DNA of 64,000 nucleotides from an uncultured Bacteroidales bacterium (GTDB lineage Bacteria; Bacteroidota; Bacteroidia; Bacteroidales; ML635J-15): the NCBI GenBank assembly GCA_937982115.1, contig CALJNE010000019.1, positions 20,084 to 84,083 of the forward strand. The letters are read 5' to 3'. Shown piece by piece: positions 39,501 through 49,120 of the stretch; position 1 is the stretch's first letter, and each line of letters starts with the position of its first letter. Under the pieces are notes generated by a model. That model did not search any database and had not been told where the DNA came from. It saw nothing but the letters and a program-made list of their open reading frames with translations. The translations under genes were made by a program, and so were the position numbers.

Positions 39501-39996
39501 GAGATATTTTTTCAGTCCGAACATTGGAATAGAGGGCAAGCTGAATTATGGAAGAAGAATTTACAATTCAGAATTTTTCAACAATAAAAATTATCTTATT
39601 ATTAATAATTCTTATGAAGGTACAGTGATATATCAACCTAACCTAAATTTAAGATTTTCCGGAACATACATCTTAAAAAACAAAAAAAATATATCGGGAA
39701 CCGAAGTTATGAATTCAAACGAAGCTAAAATCGAAGGGAATTTTTTGACAGTAAAAAAATCCTTTACTAATACGAGTTTTAGCATAATTTATAATAATTA
39801 TAACTCACAAACAAACACTCCCATAGCATACGAAATGCTTGAAGGTTTGCAGCCAGGATTAAATTTCACCTGGAATGCCACAATACAGCGTATGCTAACC
39901 AACGGCTTACAGATAAATATAATATATAACGCCCGAAAAAGTCCGGGCGTCAAAGTCATTCACAATGCAGGAGTTCAGATGAGAGCATTTTTCTAA
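36532..39996 (+). CDS. hypothetical 1154-aa outer-membrane protein (beta-barrel-like)
   Basis: Signal peptide, a long region of alternating beta-strand-like segments, and a C-terminal ...GVQMRAFF. The annotated start is TTG, with no nearby ATG. Confidence 0.5.
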   Translation: MKKILTILFVFIAILPEIKSQNLINTRRKILQIKSDTLIIDTLSIWQESIKFFNINNEQLLNFDYEFDFFKSAIIFKDIPEFDSIVVEYKFFPVNYSKPISLFDKSKHLKAERLPERKYDYVVERDYLRDANINKDLSRRGSISRGVNFGNNQNVSLNSGLNLQLDGKLNDEIYILAAISDNNIPIQPEGNTQYIQEFDKVFIKLYNENLALTFGDFELRKPTGYFMNYFKKVQGASISVKQEKYVKNKKFGIESSLSGAATKGKFHRLEFRGQEGNQGPYKLTGANNEQNIIILAGSEKVFVDGILQVRGLDNQYVIDYNTGEITFTPKQPINKDKRIIIEFEYTEKSYTRFLIGSSNKVTYGNSEFYLNFYQEKDSKNSPIDQDLTPYERFLLMQAGDNIEFARVPAFDSIGFSTEEIRYELRDSIVNEEYFDSIFVYSTNPLKAIYRVRFVYVGTNKGNYKRSISTVNGRVFEWIAPINGIPQGDYEPYKTLISPEKKQLINFGANVKPDEKTIFSTEIAISNNDKNTFSNKDAYDNQGLAWISSLERSLIKSDKNLLSAKITYSYQQKYFRVIENFRTPEFTRDWNLKEFYPESDENFLNFTLNFNSKNSLNSKLEYNLLKRGSMYTGDNGGIQLNYQIKKLNISGKAYILDAETPVFVSRFIRHNFLVTQRFKHFIIGVGEEAENNQFKDKDQNALINNSFAFQSFNFLVKTTDSTKLQLETNYKLRKDFLATNYELSPATQSNNLSFILNYNISSNHRISSTATFRKLNISDSSLYNNPAENNLVGRLEYSYKALKGVFSGSCFYETGSGMERKIEFSYLEVPAGQGVYTWTDYNNNGIKELDEFEVAFFNDQANYIRIFIPSSEYIKTYSNQFSYVLNTKPEAVWRRSENKTKKFISHFSNQFAFRTGTKNTSDEFFVYANPFVNNIEDINILSMNQNIRNSFSFNKTNPKFGADYIYQLTNNKMLLVSGFETRNNYINTFQSRYFFSPNIGIEGKLNYGRRIYNSEFFNNKNYLIINNSYEGTVIYQPNLNLRFSGTYILKNKKNISGTEVMNSNEAKIEGNFLTVKKSFTNTSFSIIYNNYNSQTNTPIAYEMLEGLQPGLNFTWNATIQRMLTNGLQINIIYNARKSPGVKVIHNAGVQMRAFF

Positions 39997-40016
39997 CAAT
40001 AATTACGATTCCGTTA

Positions 40017-40578
40017 TCAGCATCTTAAAGTTTTTAATGCTTTTGCCCATACCATAACCTGGTCAATCATTTGATTAAGTGTTTGTTCATGCTGCGGATT
40101 AGGGTTGAATTTAGTAAAGTTTTCAAAATCAGTAAATAAATTGAGAGCAACCTGGGTTCTTACATCGGCAACCATTAATTCGCCCATAACATGTCTAAGG
40201 TGTTCCACAGCCCTTACTCCTCCTGCTGAACCATAACTCACAAAACCGGCAGCTTTGTTGTTCCATTCGGCAAACAGATAATCCAAAGCATTTTTAAGAG
40301 CTCCGGTAGGACCATGATTGATTGTATTCGGGAGTAACAAAAATAAAACCGTCGAAAGATTTTATTTTTTCAGCCCACTTTATTGTATGCTCCTTCGAAT
40401 ATTGTCCAAACAATGGAGGAATAGGTTCATCGAGCAAAGGTAAATTATATTCATTAATATCAACAATATCAAATTCAGCATCTTTTCGTTGAGATGCTAT
40501 AGCATAAACCCAATCGGCAACTTGAACAGCATTTCGTCCCGTACGGGCACTTCCTATTATAATTCCAATTTTTAACAT
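40017..40578 (-). pseudogene. NADPH-dependent FMN reductase-family oxidoreductase, split by a frameshift
   Basis: ORF 40294..40578 ends ...FIFVTPEYNQSWSYRSS*. ORF 40017..40340 continues in another frame as ...NHGPTGALKNALDYLFAEW. Together they rebuild the PEYN.S.PG.LKNA.D motif. The junction is near 40310-40335, in caatcaatcatgg. Confidence 0.7.
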
Positions 40579-40587
40579 ATATCTAAT

Positions 40588-40953
40588 CTAATTTTTAAAG
40601 TTTAACTTATGATAATAACTGTATGAAATCAAAATAACTATTAAAGCAAACAAAGGGAAAAGAGACACTAAAAGAGTATCCCCCACCGATAGATGAGCAA
40701 CAATTGCAGAGAAAAAAGTAAAAATAAATCCAAAGTATGCAAACTCTTTTAATTTAGTTGGAACAAAAGGTAAAAGTATTGCAAGAGCACCAAGAATCTT
40801 AGCTATTCCAAGCTCAACTCTGAAATAATCCGGAAATCCGAGATGCTGAAAATTTGTTTTCATTTCAGGAATAACAAAATATCCCACAGCACTCACCAAC
40901 ATCCACAAAGAAATAAATACTGTACTTATCCAGAAAATTATTTTGTTTCTCAT
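40588..40953 (-). CDS. DoxX-family membrane protein
   Basis: 121 aa with four predicted TM helices. ELGIAKILGALAILLPF is a DoxX-like pattern. Confidence 0.6.
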   Translation of the reverse strand: MRNKIIFWISTVFISLWMLVSAVGYFVIPEMKTNFQHLGFPDYFRVELGIAKILGALAILLPFVPTKLKEFAYFGFIFTFFSAIVAHLSVGDTLLVSLFPLFALIVILISYSYYHKLNFKN

Positions 40954-41105
40954 AATTCAATTATTATAAATTTCAAGATTTAACCATTAGACTGCAGATA
41001 AAGTTCAGCCTTTTAACATTTAATTAAAGAAAATTTTAAAAGAGAGTATTAAAAGATTTTTAGAAAAAATGTATAAGAATCAATTGAGATGAAAAAATTA
41101 TTTTA

Positions 41106-41330
41106 CTATTTTACATTAATTGTTTCTCCGGCTTTTACTTCGCATTGACCTTGTGGCCAATTAAAGCATAATCTTAACTCGTAAGTTCCGGCAGGTACTG
41201 CAATAAAAGTATGGGTAATGCTTTTTTTATCTTGACTATAAAACCACTGACCGAAATTATTATAGGGTTTATTTGCTTCTACAAGAGTTATCCAATACTG
41301 AGCATTCCCGGGAAGTTTTTTGTATTCGAG
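41106..41330 (-). pseudogene. orphan C-terminal gene fragment (74 codons, no start codon)
   Basis: The minus-strand frame reads LEYKKLPGNAQYWITLVEANKPYNNFGQWFYSQDKKSITHTFIAVPAGTYELRLCFNWPQGQCEVKAGETINVK*. A TAA lies immediately upstream and there is no Met. It is absent from the ORF track for that reason. Confidence 0.35.
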
Positions 41331-41476
41331 TTAATATCTTGATTTACGTTGTGAACTTTTCGTGTTTTGATAAGAATTAAAATCAAAAAATTAAAATTTT
41401 TATTAAAATTAATCGTTTAATTCACGGAATAAAAAATTTTTATATATTAGCAGTCTGTAAAAAAACAATAAATACT

Positions 41477-43033
41477 ATGAAAAAATTACTTTACACATTA
41501 GTACTTTTAATCATTTCGATAAGTTACGCTGAATCACAGGGATTAACCAGTTTTGGTTACGATAAAGCCATCACTCTGGCAAAGTTAAATGAATACGTAA
41601 AATTTGTAGGTTCAGATTCGGAAGGATTTTATGTAATACGTATTGACGAAAAAGATGATTTACATCTTGAATTTTTTAATGCCAATTCACTGATACGTGA
41701 AAATTCAAATCAGTTGATACTTCCTTCGATTGGCGGAATAAAATCCGATTATGTTGCTATGTTTTATTTAAGAGGCACTTTGATCTTGCTCACAGAAGTT
41801 TTAAATAATACTACTAAGGAAAAAACTTTATACATGCAAGAAGTTAACAAGAGTGGTCAGGTAATTGGCGAACCTCAGGTTATTGGAAAACTTACAAATC
41901 AAAACATTTCCCAGAAATTTAACGTAAGTCTTACCCCAAATCAGCAAAATATATTTGTTTATTATAACATTCCATTCCAGACCTACAACGAAGAACCTTT
42001 CTTTTTCAAGGTTTACAACAGCGATATGAAAGAAATTTACAATTATCGCTTAAAATTACCATTGAAAGACAAATCGTTTGAAATTGACCAAACAATAATT
42101 TCCAACAACGGAAACATTTACATGGTAGCAAGAATAGCTCCCGATGCCCGTCAAATGAAAAGAATGAAAAACATAGTTTATGATTATAAATTATTGATTT
42201 TCGATGAAAAATTAGGTAATATAAAAGATATAGACATTAAAGGAAAAAAATTCATTCTTGTAGATGCTATTATAGGAGTTGATGAAGAAGAAAATGTTGA
42301 CATTTTCGGATTTATGGTAAGAAAAGGGAAAGACACCTACGAAGGTATTTTCCATCAGAAATACAACACCAAAACAGATTCATTTGTGCTCGGTGATGCA
42401 AAAATGGCAGATTACGTTTTCAGTAAAACTGAAATCCCGGAATTCAGAGCCGACCGTTTGACAAAGATTTACGATGAAATGTATAATTATAAATTGTTGA
42501 ATGTGTTCTATTTGTCGAATGGTGGAGCTGTAATGATAGCCGAACACAGAAACTACTGGGTTGACTCCATAATTGTACCCGGATCTAAAGAAGTTATATA
42601 TAATGATTATTTCAGATATAATGATGTTTTGGTTGCTTACTGCAGTCCCGAAAACAATATGGAATGGATGACTCGTATTCCAAAAGCTCAATACAGTTAC
42701 AACGACTTAGGAAAATACTCTTCTGTTGCAGCATTTCCAATTGGAGAAAAAGTGTATTTATTCTACAACGATCATCCAAAAAATATTGAGTTACTTCAAC
42801 AACAAAACTTAACGGGAGATCTTTACAAAGAAATCGTTGCTCCGGGAAGAAAAGGAACAGCCGTTGCAGTTTCGGTTTTCTCTGACGGAAAAGTATCAGC
42901 AGCTCCTTTATTTACAGGAAAAAACAAAAGTTTTAAAATTGCTCCCGAATTAATAAAAGAATTTAACGGCAGAATTTTGATTTACGCCGAAAATAAAACT
43001 AAAGTTAAGTTTGCTGTTTTCACCGGTAGATAG
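41477..43033 (+). CDS. hypothetical secreted protein
   Basis: 518 aa with a signal peptide (LIISISYAESQ). No recognisable motif. Confidence 0.55.
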   Translation: MKKLLYTLVLLIISISYAESQGLTSFGYDKAITLAKLNEYVKFVGSDSEGFYVIRIDEKDDLHLEFFNANSLIRENSNQLILPSIGGIKSDYVAMFYLRGTLILLTEVLNNTTKEKTLYMQEVNKSGQVIGEPQVIGKLTNQNISQKFNVSLTPNQQNIFVYYNIPFQTYNEEPFFFKVYNSDMKEIYNYRLKLPLKDKSFEIDQTIISNNGNIYMVARIAPDARQMKRMKNIVYDYKLLIFDEKLGNIKDIDIKGKKFILVDAIIGVDEEENVDIFGFMVRKGKDTYEGIFHQKYNTKTDSFVLGDAKMADYVFSKTEIPEFRADRLTKIYDEMYNYKLLNVFYLSNGGAVMIAEHRNYWVDSIIVPGSKEVIYNDYFRYNDVLVAYCSPENNMEWMTRIPKAQYSYNDLGKYSSVAAFPIGEKVYLFYNDHPKNIELLQQQNLTGDLYKEIVAPGRKGTAVAVSVFSDGKVSAAPLFTGKNKSFKIAPELIKEFNGRILIYAENKTKVKFAVFTGR

Positions 43034-43056
43034 AAAGTTTTGTTAAAGCTATAAAG

Positions 43057-43088
43057 ACGCAGGCCTAAAAATGTCTGCGTTTTTTTTA
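43057..43088 (+). terminator. rho-independent terminator after 41477..43033
   Basis: acgcag-gcctaaaaatgt-ctgcgt followed by T8. Confidence 0.65.
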
Positions 43089-43263
43089 TATAAATTTCCA
43101 TATTAGTTAAAGGCGTTCATCATAATTACTACTAAGATATTGAAAAGGGCAAAACCAAATTAATTTTCACTAAATCATTTTAAAATTTTGCAGAATTACC
43201 TGTGCGGATTGTAGTAATTTGTCTTAGTGCAGCAAACTACAGTGAGGTTTGTTAAATTTGGTT

Positions 43264-43720
43264 TCATTCGTCCATTAGATATAGACTGTTTAACTGTCTT
43301 GCAACAAAGTTCTGTTGCCATTTATCTTTAAATTCAAATCATTGTTGTCTAATGAGTCCTGAGTTGTCAATAACATACTTAAACTCTCTAAATGGGTTTC
43401 TCTTACTTAAAGCCCGGAACAGTCGTCTTTGTAATTTTTCGTCTGAAACATGGTCTGCAAACTCATTCAACATTTCAAACGCTTTGTTTGAAGTCCACCT
43501 TTCAATTTCGAAATATTATTCATTGAGGTTGTTATCTGATAGTTCAAAATCTTCTTTCCATGGCTCAAATTTCGCATAAGGTGAATTTGTCAGGCACACT
43601 AATTAGTTGTCCTGTTAGCTTGTGTATCAAAACACTAGAACCGCAGTCAAGTTCAGATGCAAATTCGATTATTTTTCCTGATATTATTCTGTTATTCTGT
43701 TCATATTTTTTGATTTTTGC
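43264..43720 (-). pseudogene. UPF0158-family gene disrupted by a frameshift and two in-frame stops
   Basis: Minus-strand pieces are ...IIEFASELDCGSSVLIHKLTGQLISVPDKF and YFEIERWTSNKAFEMLNEFADHVSDEKLQRRLFRALSKRNPFREFKYVIDNSGLIRQQ*FEFKDKWQQNFVARQL. A TAA lies at 43516-43518 and a TGA at 43339-43341, where Trp is expected. The frame changes near 43565. Confidence 0.55.
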
Positions 43721-43827
43721 CTAATTTAATACAATTGTCTAAAAAAAATAAAGTCAAAAATTCAATTTACAATAAATACTTACCAATAGATTTTTAGATT
43801 TCACCAAACTAATTCGTTTTAAATCAG

Positions 43828-43835
43828 TATATTTG
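43828..43835 (+). promoter_or_regulatory. candidate -7 promoter box TATATTTG for der
   Basis: Matches TAnnTTTG, 16 nt upstream of the ATG at 43851. Confidence 0.35.
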
Positions 43836-43850
43836 CAAAAATTTTTTTTT

Positions 43851-45161
43851 ATGGGAAATTTAGTAGCAATAGTAGGACGTCCCAATGTTGGCAAATCAAC
43901 GCTTTTTAATCGTCTTACCGAAAGACGAGATGCCATTGTTGATGATGTGAGCGGCGTTACAAGAGACAGAATTTACGGACATTGCGAATGGAACGGAAAA
44001 ATTTTTTCCGTAGTTGATACGGGAGGCTATGTTGCTGATACTGAAGATATTTTTGAAAAAGAAATTGCTCGACAGGTTGAAATTGCGATAGAAGAAGCTG
44101 ATCAAATAATTTTTCTGACTGATGTAACAACCGGAATAACCGATATGGATAAATCAGTTGCCGAGTTGTTGAGAAAATCCAGAAAGCCGGTATTCATTGC
44201 CGTAAATAAAGTTGATAATAACATTCGTTTTACCGAAACTTACGAATTTTACAATCTCGGTCTGGGAGAAATATATCCTATTTCATCAATAAACGGATCG
44301 GGAACGGGAGAATTACTTGACGAAATTTGTAAAAATATTAGCTCCTCGGAAGAAACAGACGAAGAAAGCATTCCAAAAATAACTATAGTTGGCCGACCAA
44401 ATGTAGGAAAATCTTCGCTTACAAATTCTTTACTGGGAGAAAATCGCAACATTGTTACAGATATTGCAGGAACCACTCGTGACTCAATCAAAACAAGATA
44501 CAATAAATTCGGATTCGATTTCTGGCTTATAGATACGGCAGGAGTAAGACGAAAATCAAAGGTTCACGAAGATATCGAGTTTTATTCAGTTATGCGAGCA
44601 ATCAGAGCCATCGAACATTCAGATGTCTGCTTGCTGATGATTGATGCAACTGTAGGTTTCGAAGCTCAAGACCAAAATATTCTTAACATTATTCGTAAAA
44701 ACAAAAAGGGAATAGTATTGATTATGAATAAATGGGATCTTGTGGAAAAAAATACAAATACAGCAAGAGACTACACAAATCAATTAAAGCAAATCTTAGC
44801 TCCTTTTAATGATATACCTATTTTATTTATATCTGCAATAAATAATCAGAGAATATTTAAGGTTGTGGAAGAAGCCATGCGTGTTTATAACAATCTAAAG
44901 CAGAAAATCCCTACATCCAAACTGAACGAATATCTGCTTGATATTATTGAATCATATCCTCCACCGGCTTACAAAGGGAAATACATTAAGATTAAATATG
45001 TAACTCAGCTACCCACCCCCTCTCCAACATTTGCATTTTTTGTAAATCTGCCTCAATACATTAAAGAACCATACAAAAGATACCTCGAAAATAAAATTCG
45101 GGAAAAATACGATTTTTGTGGCGTTCCAATAAGTTTAGTATTCCGACCAAAATCTAAATAA
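43851..45161 (+). CDS. der: ribosome-biogenesis GTPase Der (EngA)
   Basis: Two tandem G domains ([12 protein letters not shown] and [28 protein letters not shown]) and a KH-like C-terminus. I chose the ATG at 43851 (MGNLVAIVG). Confidence 0.92.
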   Translation: MGNLVAIVGRPNVGKSTLFNRLTERRDAIVDDVSGVTRDRIYGHCEWNGKIFSVVDTGGYVADTEDIFEKEIARQVEIAIEEADQIIFLTDVTTGITDMDKSVAELLRKSRKPVFIAVNKVDNNIRFTETYEFYNLGLGEIYPISSINGSGTGELLDEICKNISSSEETDEESIPKITIVGRPNVGKSSLTNSLLGENRNIVTDIAGTTRDSIKTRYNKFGFDFWLIDTAGVRRKSKVHEDIEFYSVMRAIRAIEHSDVCLLMIDATVGFEAQDQNILNIIRKNKKGIVLIMNKWDLVEKNTNTARDYTNQLKQILAPFNDIPILFISAINNQRIFKVVEEAMRVYNNLKQKIPTSKLNEYLLDIIESYPPPAYKGKYIKIKYVTQLPTPSPTFAFFVNLPQYIKEPYKRYLENKIREKYDFCGVPISLVFRPKSK

Positions 45162-45211
45162 CTAAAGCTGAATTTTGCTTTAGTTATTTACAATATTAAA
45201 TTTGATACAAT

Positions 45212-47650
45212 CTAAATTTGCTTAGCGTTTTTTACTTTAGTTTTTGTTAAAGCAGCTTCGAAGACATCGGAAACATTTTTAACATAAATGAAATTAAGTC
45301 CTTTGAGATAAATATCCTTTATTTCTGAGATATCTTTTTTATTGTCTTCGGAAAGAATAATTTGTTTAATTCCGGCTCTTTTTGCAGCAAGTATTTTTTC
45401 TTTAATTCCGCCCACAGGTAATACTTTTCCTCTAAGAGTAATTTCTCCGGTCATTGCAACACCTTTTTTAACTTTTCGTTGAGTGAATGCCGAAGCTATA
45501 GCTGTAGCCATAGTTATACCGGCCGAAGGTCCGTCTTTTGGGATAGCACCTTCGGGCACGTGAATATGCACATTCCATCTTTCGAAGGCAGCAGGGTCAA
45601 TTCCAAGATCTTCGGCATTTGCTTTAACATATTCCAGAGCAATAGTGGCAGATTCTTTCATCACATCCCCAAGATTTCCGGTAATCGTAAGATTTCCTTT
45701 ACCTTTAGAAAGGCTTGTTTCTACATAAAGGATATCGCCACCAACAGCAGTCCATGCTAATCCGGTAACCACTCCGGGAACTTCATCGTCGTGATATTCT
45801 TCTTTGAAATATTTTTCAACTCCCAGAAATTCAGGAATCATTTCCTCGGTAATTACAGCAGGCACTTCTTCGCCCAAACCAACTTTTCTGGCAAGCTGAC
45901 GCACAACTTTAGCAATATTTTTATCAAGATTTCTTACTCCCGACTCACGAGTATAAGATTCAATAATTCTTACAATTGCTTTGTCATCGAACTTAATTTT
46001 AATGTCCGTAAGTCCGTGATTTTCGAGCTGTTTAGGGATAAGATGTCTTTTTGCTATCTGAACTTTTTCATCAATTACATAGCCAGAAACTTCAATCATT
46101 TCCATTCTGTCGCGTAAAGCAGGACTTATGGTACTGATGTTATTGGCTGTAGCAATAAACATTACTTTAGACAAATCATATTCTATTTCGAGGTAATTAT
46201 CGTGAAATTCGAAGTTTTGTTCGGGGTCTAACACTTCGAGCAAAGCCGAAGCCGGATCGCCTCTGAAATCAGTACCGACTTTATCAATTTCGTCGAGTAC
46301 GAAAACCGGATTTGAGGACTTTGCCTTTTTAAGATTTTGAATAATCCTACCCGGCATTGCCCCAATATATGTTTTCCTGTGACCGCGTATTTCGGATTCA
46401 TCGTGCAAACCTCCAAGTGACATACGCACGTACTTTCGACCGAGAGCACGAGCTATGCTTCTGCCAAGCGAAGTTTTTCCAACACCGGGAGGTCCGTATA
46501 AACATAAGATTGGAGATTTTAAATCACCTTTCAATTTAAGAACAGCAAGATGTTCTATTATTCTTTCTTTGATTTTTTCGAGTCCGTAATGGTCTTCATC
46601 GAGAATTTTCTGGGCTCTTTTCAGGTCGAAATTATCTTCAGTATATTCACCCCATGGCAAATCAACAATAGTATGAAGATAATTTACCTGAACGGAATAC
46701 TCTGCCGAAGCAGGATTAAGTTGTTGCAGTTTTTTTAATTCTTTGTCGAAATGTTTGGCAACATCTTTAGTCCATTTTTTGGTTTTTGCTAATTCTTCGA
46801 GTTCTTTTATTTCCTGTTCTGCCGGACTGCCGCCCAATTCTTGCTGTATGGTTTTCATCTGTTGATGCAACAAATATTCCTTTTGTTGCCTGTCAATTTC
46901 TTTTTTAACTTTAAACTGAATTTCGTTTTTAAGTTCGAGCAATTGTACTTGATTCGTAAGAATTTCCATTAATTTTTCTGCTCTCTCAATAATTGTATTA
47001 ATTTCAAGCAGGGCTTGTTTTTCGGCAGGGTCAATATCACTGTTAGAACACAAAAAATTTATCAAAAACGAAGAATTATCAATATTTTTTATGGCAAATG
47101 AAATTTCGTGAGGAATGGTAGCACTTAGTTTAACTATTTTAAGAGACAACTCTTTCAGAGATGCAACAATAGCCTGAAATCTTTTATCGCCATTGTCGGC
47201 AGGAATTTCGGGGATATAGTCAACTTTGCCTAAGAAATAAGGTTCGTAGGTAAGATATTCTTTAACTTTAAATCTCGTTCTGCCTTGAATGATAACAGAA
47301 ATTGTATCATCTGGCATTTCAATAACTTTCAGAATTTCTGCAACAGTCCCTATTCTGTATAAATCATCATAAACAGGGTCTTCAATTTCGGCAGCTTTTT
47401 GGGTTACTGTACCAAAAATTTTTGTGGTTTTAGAAATTTCTTTAATAAGTTTATACGATTTATTTCTGCCGATTGTTAAAGGGATAACAACTCCCGGAAA
47501 AAGTACAGCATTCCTTAAGGGTAGAATTGGAATGGTTTCTTCGTAGCTCTGATTATCTTTAAGTTCATCAAATTCGGTAACAATTGGAATTAAATCTCCT
47601 TCCCCTTCAGAACCTGTTAAAAATATTTTTAATAAATCTTTGTTTCTCAT
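45212..47650 (-). CDS. lon: ATP-dependent Lon protease (endopeptidase La)
   Basis: Walker A GPPGVGKTS, catalytic PKDGPSAGITMA, and Lys in GGIKEKILAAKRAG. I chose the ATG at 47650 (MRNKDLLK). Confidence 0.92.
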   Translation of the reverse strand: MRNKDLLKIFLTGSEGEGDLIPIVTEFDELKDNQSYEETIPILPLRNAVLFPGVVIPLTIGRNKSYKLIKEISKTTKIFGTVTQKAAEIEDPVYDDLYRIGTVAEILKVIEMPDDTISVIIQGRTRFKVKEYLTYEPYFLGKVDYIPEIPADNGDKRFQAIVASLKELSLKIVKLSATIPHEISFAIKNIDNSSFLINFLCSNSDIDPAEKQALLEINTIIERAEKLMEILTNQVQLLELKNEIQFKVKKEIDRQQKEYLLHQQMKTIQQELGGSPAEQEIKELEELAKTKKWTKDVAKHFDKELKKLQQLNPASAEYSVQVNYLHTIVDLPWGEYTEDNFDLKRAQKILDEDHYGLEKIKERIIEHLAVLKLKGDLKSPILCLYGPPGVGKTSLGRSIARALGRKYVRMSLGGLHDESEIRGHRKTYIGAMPGRIIQNLKKAKSSNPVFVLDEIDKVGTDFRGDPASALLEVLDPEQNFEFHDNYLEIEYDLSKVMFIATANNISTISPALRDRMEMIEVSGYVIDEKVQIAKRHLIPKQLENHGLTDIKIKFDDKAIVRIIESYTRESGVRNLDKNIAKVVRQLARKVGLGEEVPAVITEEMIPEFLGVEKYFKEEYHDDEVPGVVTGLAWTAVGGDILYVETSLSKGKGNLTITGNLGDVMKESATIALEYVKANAEDLGIDPAAFERWNVHIHVPEGAIPKDGPSAGITMATAIASAFTQRKVKKGVAMTGEITLRGKVLPVGGIKEKILAAKRAGIKQIILSEDNKKDISEIKDIYLKGLNFIYVKNVSDVFEAALTKTKVKNAKQI

Positions 47651-47744
47651 ATTAACTGTTTCTTTGTCATTAACAAATAAAAAAATTTTGCCTCGTGCTA
47701 AAGGCAATTCTTATGCCACTAAAACACAAAACTTTGAAAATTGT

Positions 47745-48911
47745 TCAGAATCGGCGGTAAGAGGCTGTTATATTAAAAATGTGGCTATAAATTTCTTTAT
47801 CTATATCTGACAAATTGACATTACGCCGACTCATAACTTTTTCCATTACGTCAAAAGCGTTATTGAGTTTAAATTCGGTCATTTTTTCGTAACCACCCCA
47901 TGAAAAAGATGGGATAAAATTGCGAGGAAACCCTGCTCCGAAAATATTTGCGGAAACTCCGACAATTGTACCGGTATTAAACATAGTATTTATTCCGGAT
48001 TTAGAATGGTCGCCCATTATCAAACCGCAAAATTGTAAACCTGTATTTATAAATCTTTCGTGTTCGTAACTCCAGAGTTTTACCTGGGCATAATTATTTT
48101 TTAGATTTGAATTATTGGTATCAGCACCGAGATTGCACCATTCTCCAATAACTGAATTACCCAGAAATCCATCGTGAGCCTTATTAGAGAATCCCAAAAA
48201 TACAGAATTATTAATTTCGCCGCCCACCTTGCAAACCGGACCAATTGTGGTATTTGAATAAATTTTTGCTCCCATTTTTATCTCTGATCCCTCACATAAA
48301 GCAAAAGGTCCGCGAATATTCGCACCTTCCATCACAACAGTGTTTTTGCCTAAATAAATTGCCCCTTCATTTGTGTTTAGTGTGGCACATTCCACAAAAC
48401 ATCCTTCTTCAACAAAAACTGGATACTTCCCAAAAACAATATTTGTACTACTTAGTCCGGCAGAGTTTCTTCCTTTGGTAATAAGGTCAAAATCATATTT
48501 TATTAACTCGCCGTTTTTTGTAAATATGTCGGTAATTTTTTCTATAAAAATCGGATTACCGGAAATTTGCCTTTCCTTTTCGGGAATTTTTTCAAACTCG
48601 TTAAAATTAAATGTGTAAGCAATGATTTTATTATTGTAAACTAATTTTTCATTTTCGAGCGAAAAAATAATTTCAACAAGTTCCACATCCGGTACAACTA
48701 AAGGATTGATAATAACATTCTTATTATCGAAATTTGGCGGAAATTTTTTTTGCAAATATTCCTCTGTAAGAATTGAGACTTTATTTTTTAAAAAAAATTC
48801 CCATCTCTCACGAAAGGTAAAAATTCCGCAACGAATATCAGCTAGAGGACGCGTAAATGTAAGAGGTAAAAACCTTTTATGATTGTCAAAATCACCTAAA
48901 ATTACATTCAT
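47745..48911 (-). CDS. GlmU-like putative sugar-phosphate nucleotidyltransferase with a left-handed beta-helix C-terminal domain
   Basis: 388 aa. The N-terminal FDNHKRFLPLTFTRPLADIRCGIFT is typical of a Bacteroidota family I recall. Hexapeptide-like repeats occur in the C-terminal half. Confidence 0.55.
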   Translation of the reverse strand: MNVILGDFDNHKRFLPLTFTRPLADIRCGIFTFRERWEFFLKNKVSILTEEYLQKKFPPNFDNKNVIINPLVVPDVELVEIIFSLENEKLVYNNKIIAYTFNFNEFEKIPEKERQISGNPIFIEKITDIFTKNGELIKYDFDLITKGRNSAGLSSTNIVFGKYPVFVEEGCFVECATLNTNEGAIYLGKNTVVMEGANIRGPFALCEGSEIKMGAKIYSNTTIGPVCKVGGEINNSVFLGFSNKAHDGFLGNSVIGEWCNLGADTNNSNLKNNYAQVKLWSYEHERFINTGLQFCGLIMGDHSKSGINTMFNTGTIVGVSANIFGAGFPRNFIPSFSWGGYEKMTEFKLNNAFDVMEKVMSRRNVNLSDIDKEIYSHIFNITASYRRF

Positions 48912-49120
48912 AATTTTTTTTGTAAAGATAGTAAACCAAAATTATTTTTCTATAAAATAACTTAAAAAAACAAATATTCACAGTTTATAACAATATTTAT
49001 CTAAAATGCTGATTTTATAATAATTGCAAAAATTTTTTTACAATTACTTAACATTAATTTATGAATTCCTTAAGATTATAAAACTATGTTTGCTCAGTAA
49101 AATGTCGAAAAATAATTGTT

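Noticed and set aside
43339-43341. TGA at a conserved Trp position suggested a TGA=Trp genetic code
   Set aside because: Many long genes in the window terminate at TGA, for example parC at 1895-1897. The standard-code ORF track gives full-length conserved proteins. The same pseudogene also has a TAA and a frameshift. It is therefore decay, not recoding.
43352-43579. 75-aa plus-strand ORF between 41477..43033 and der
   Set aside because: It is antisense to the recognisable UPF0158-like pseudogene and its translation has no protein-like motif.
48977-48992. TTCACA-N4-ATAACA direct repeat as a Pho box upstream of the porin/phosphatase operon
   Set aside because: There are only two weak half-sites and the Bacteroidota PhoB consensus is not known to me. 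It is kept as a note within the operon finding rather than called as a feature.
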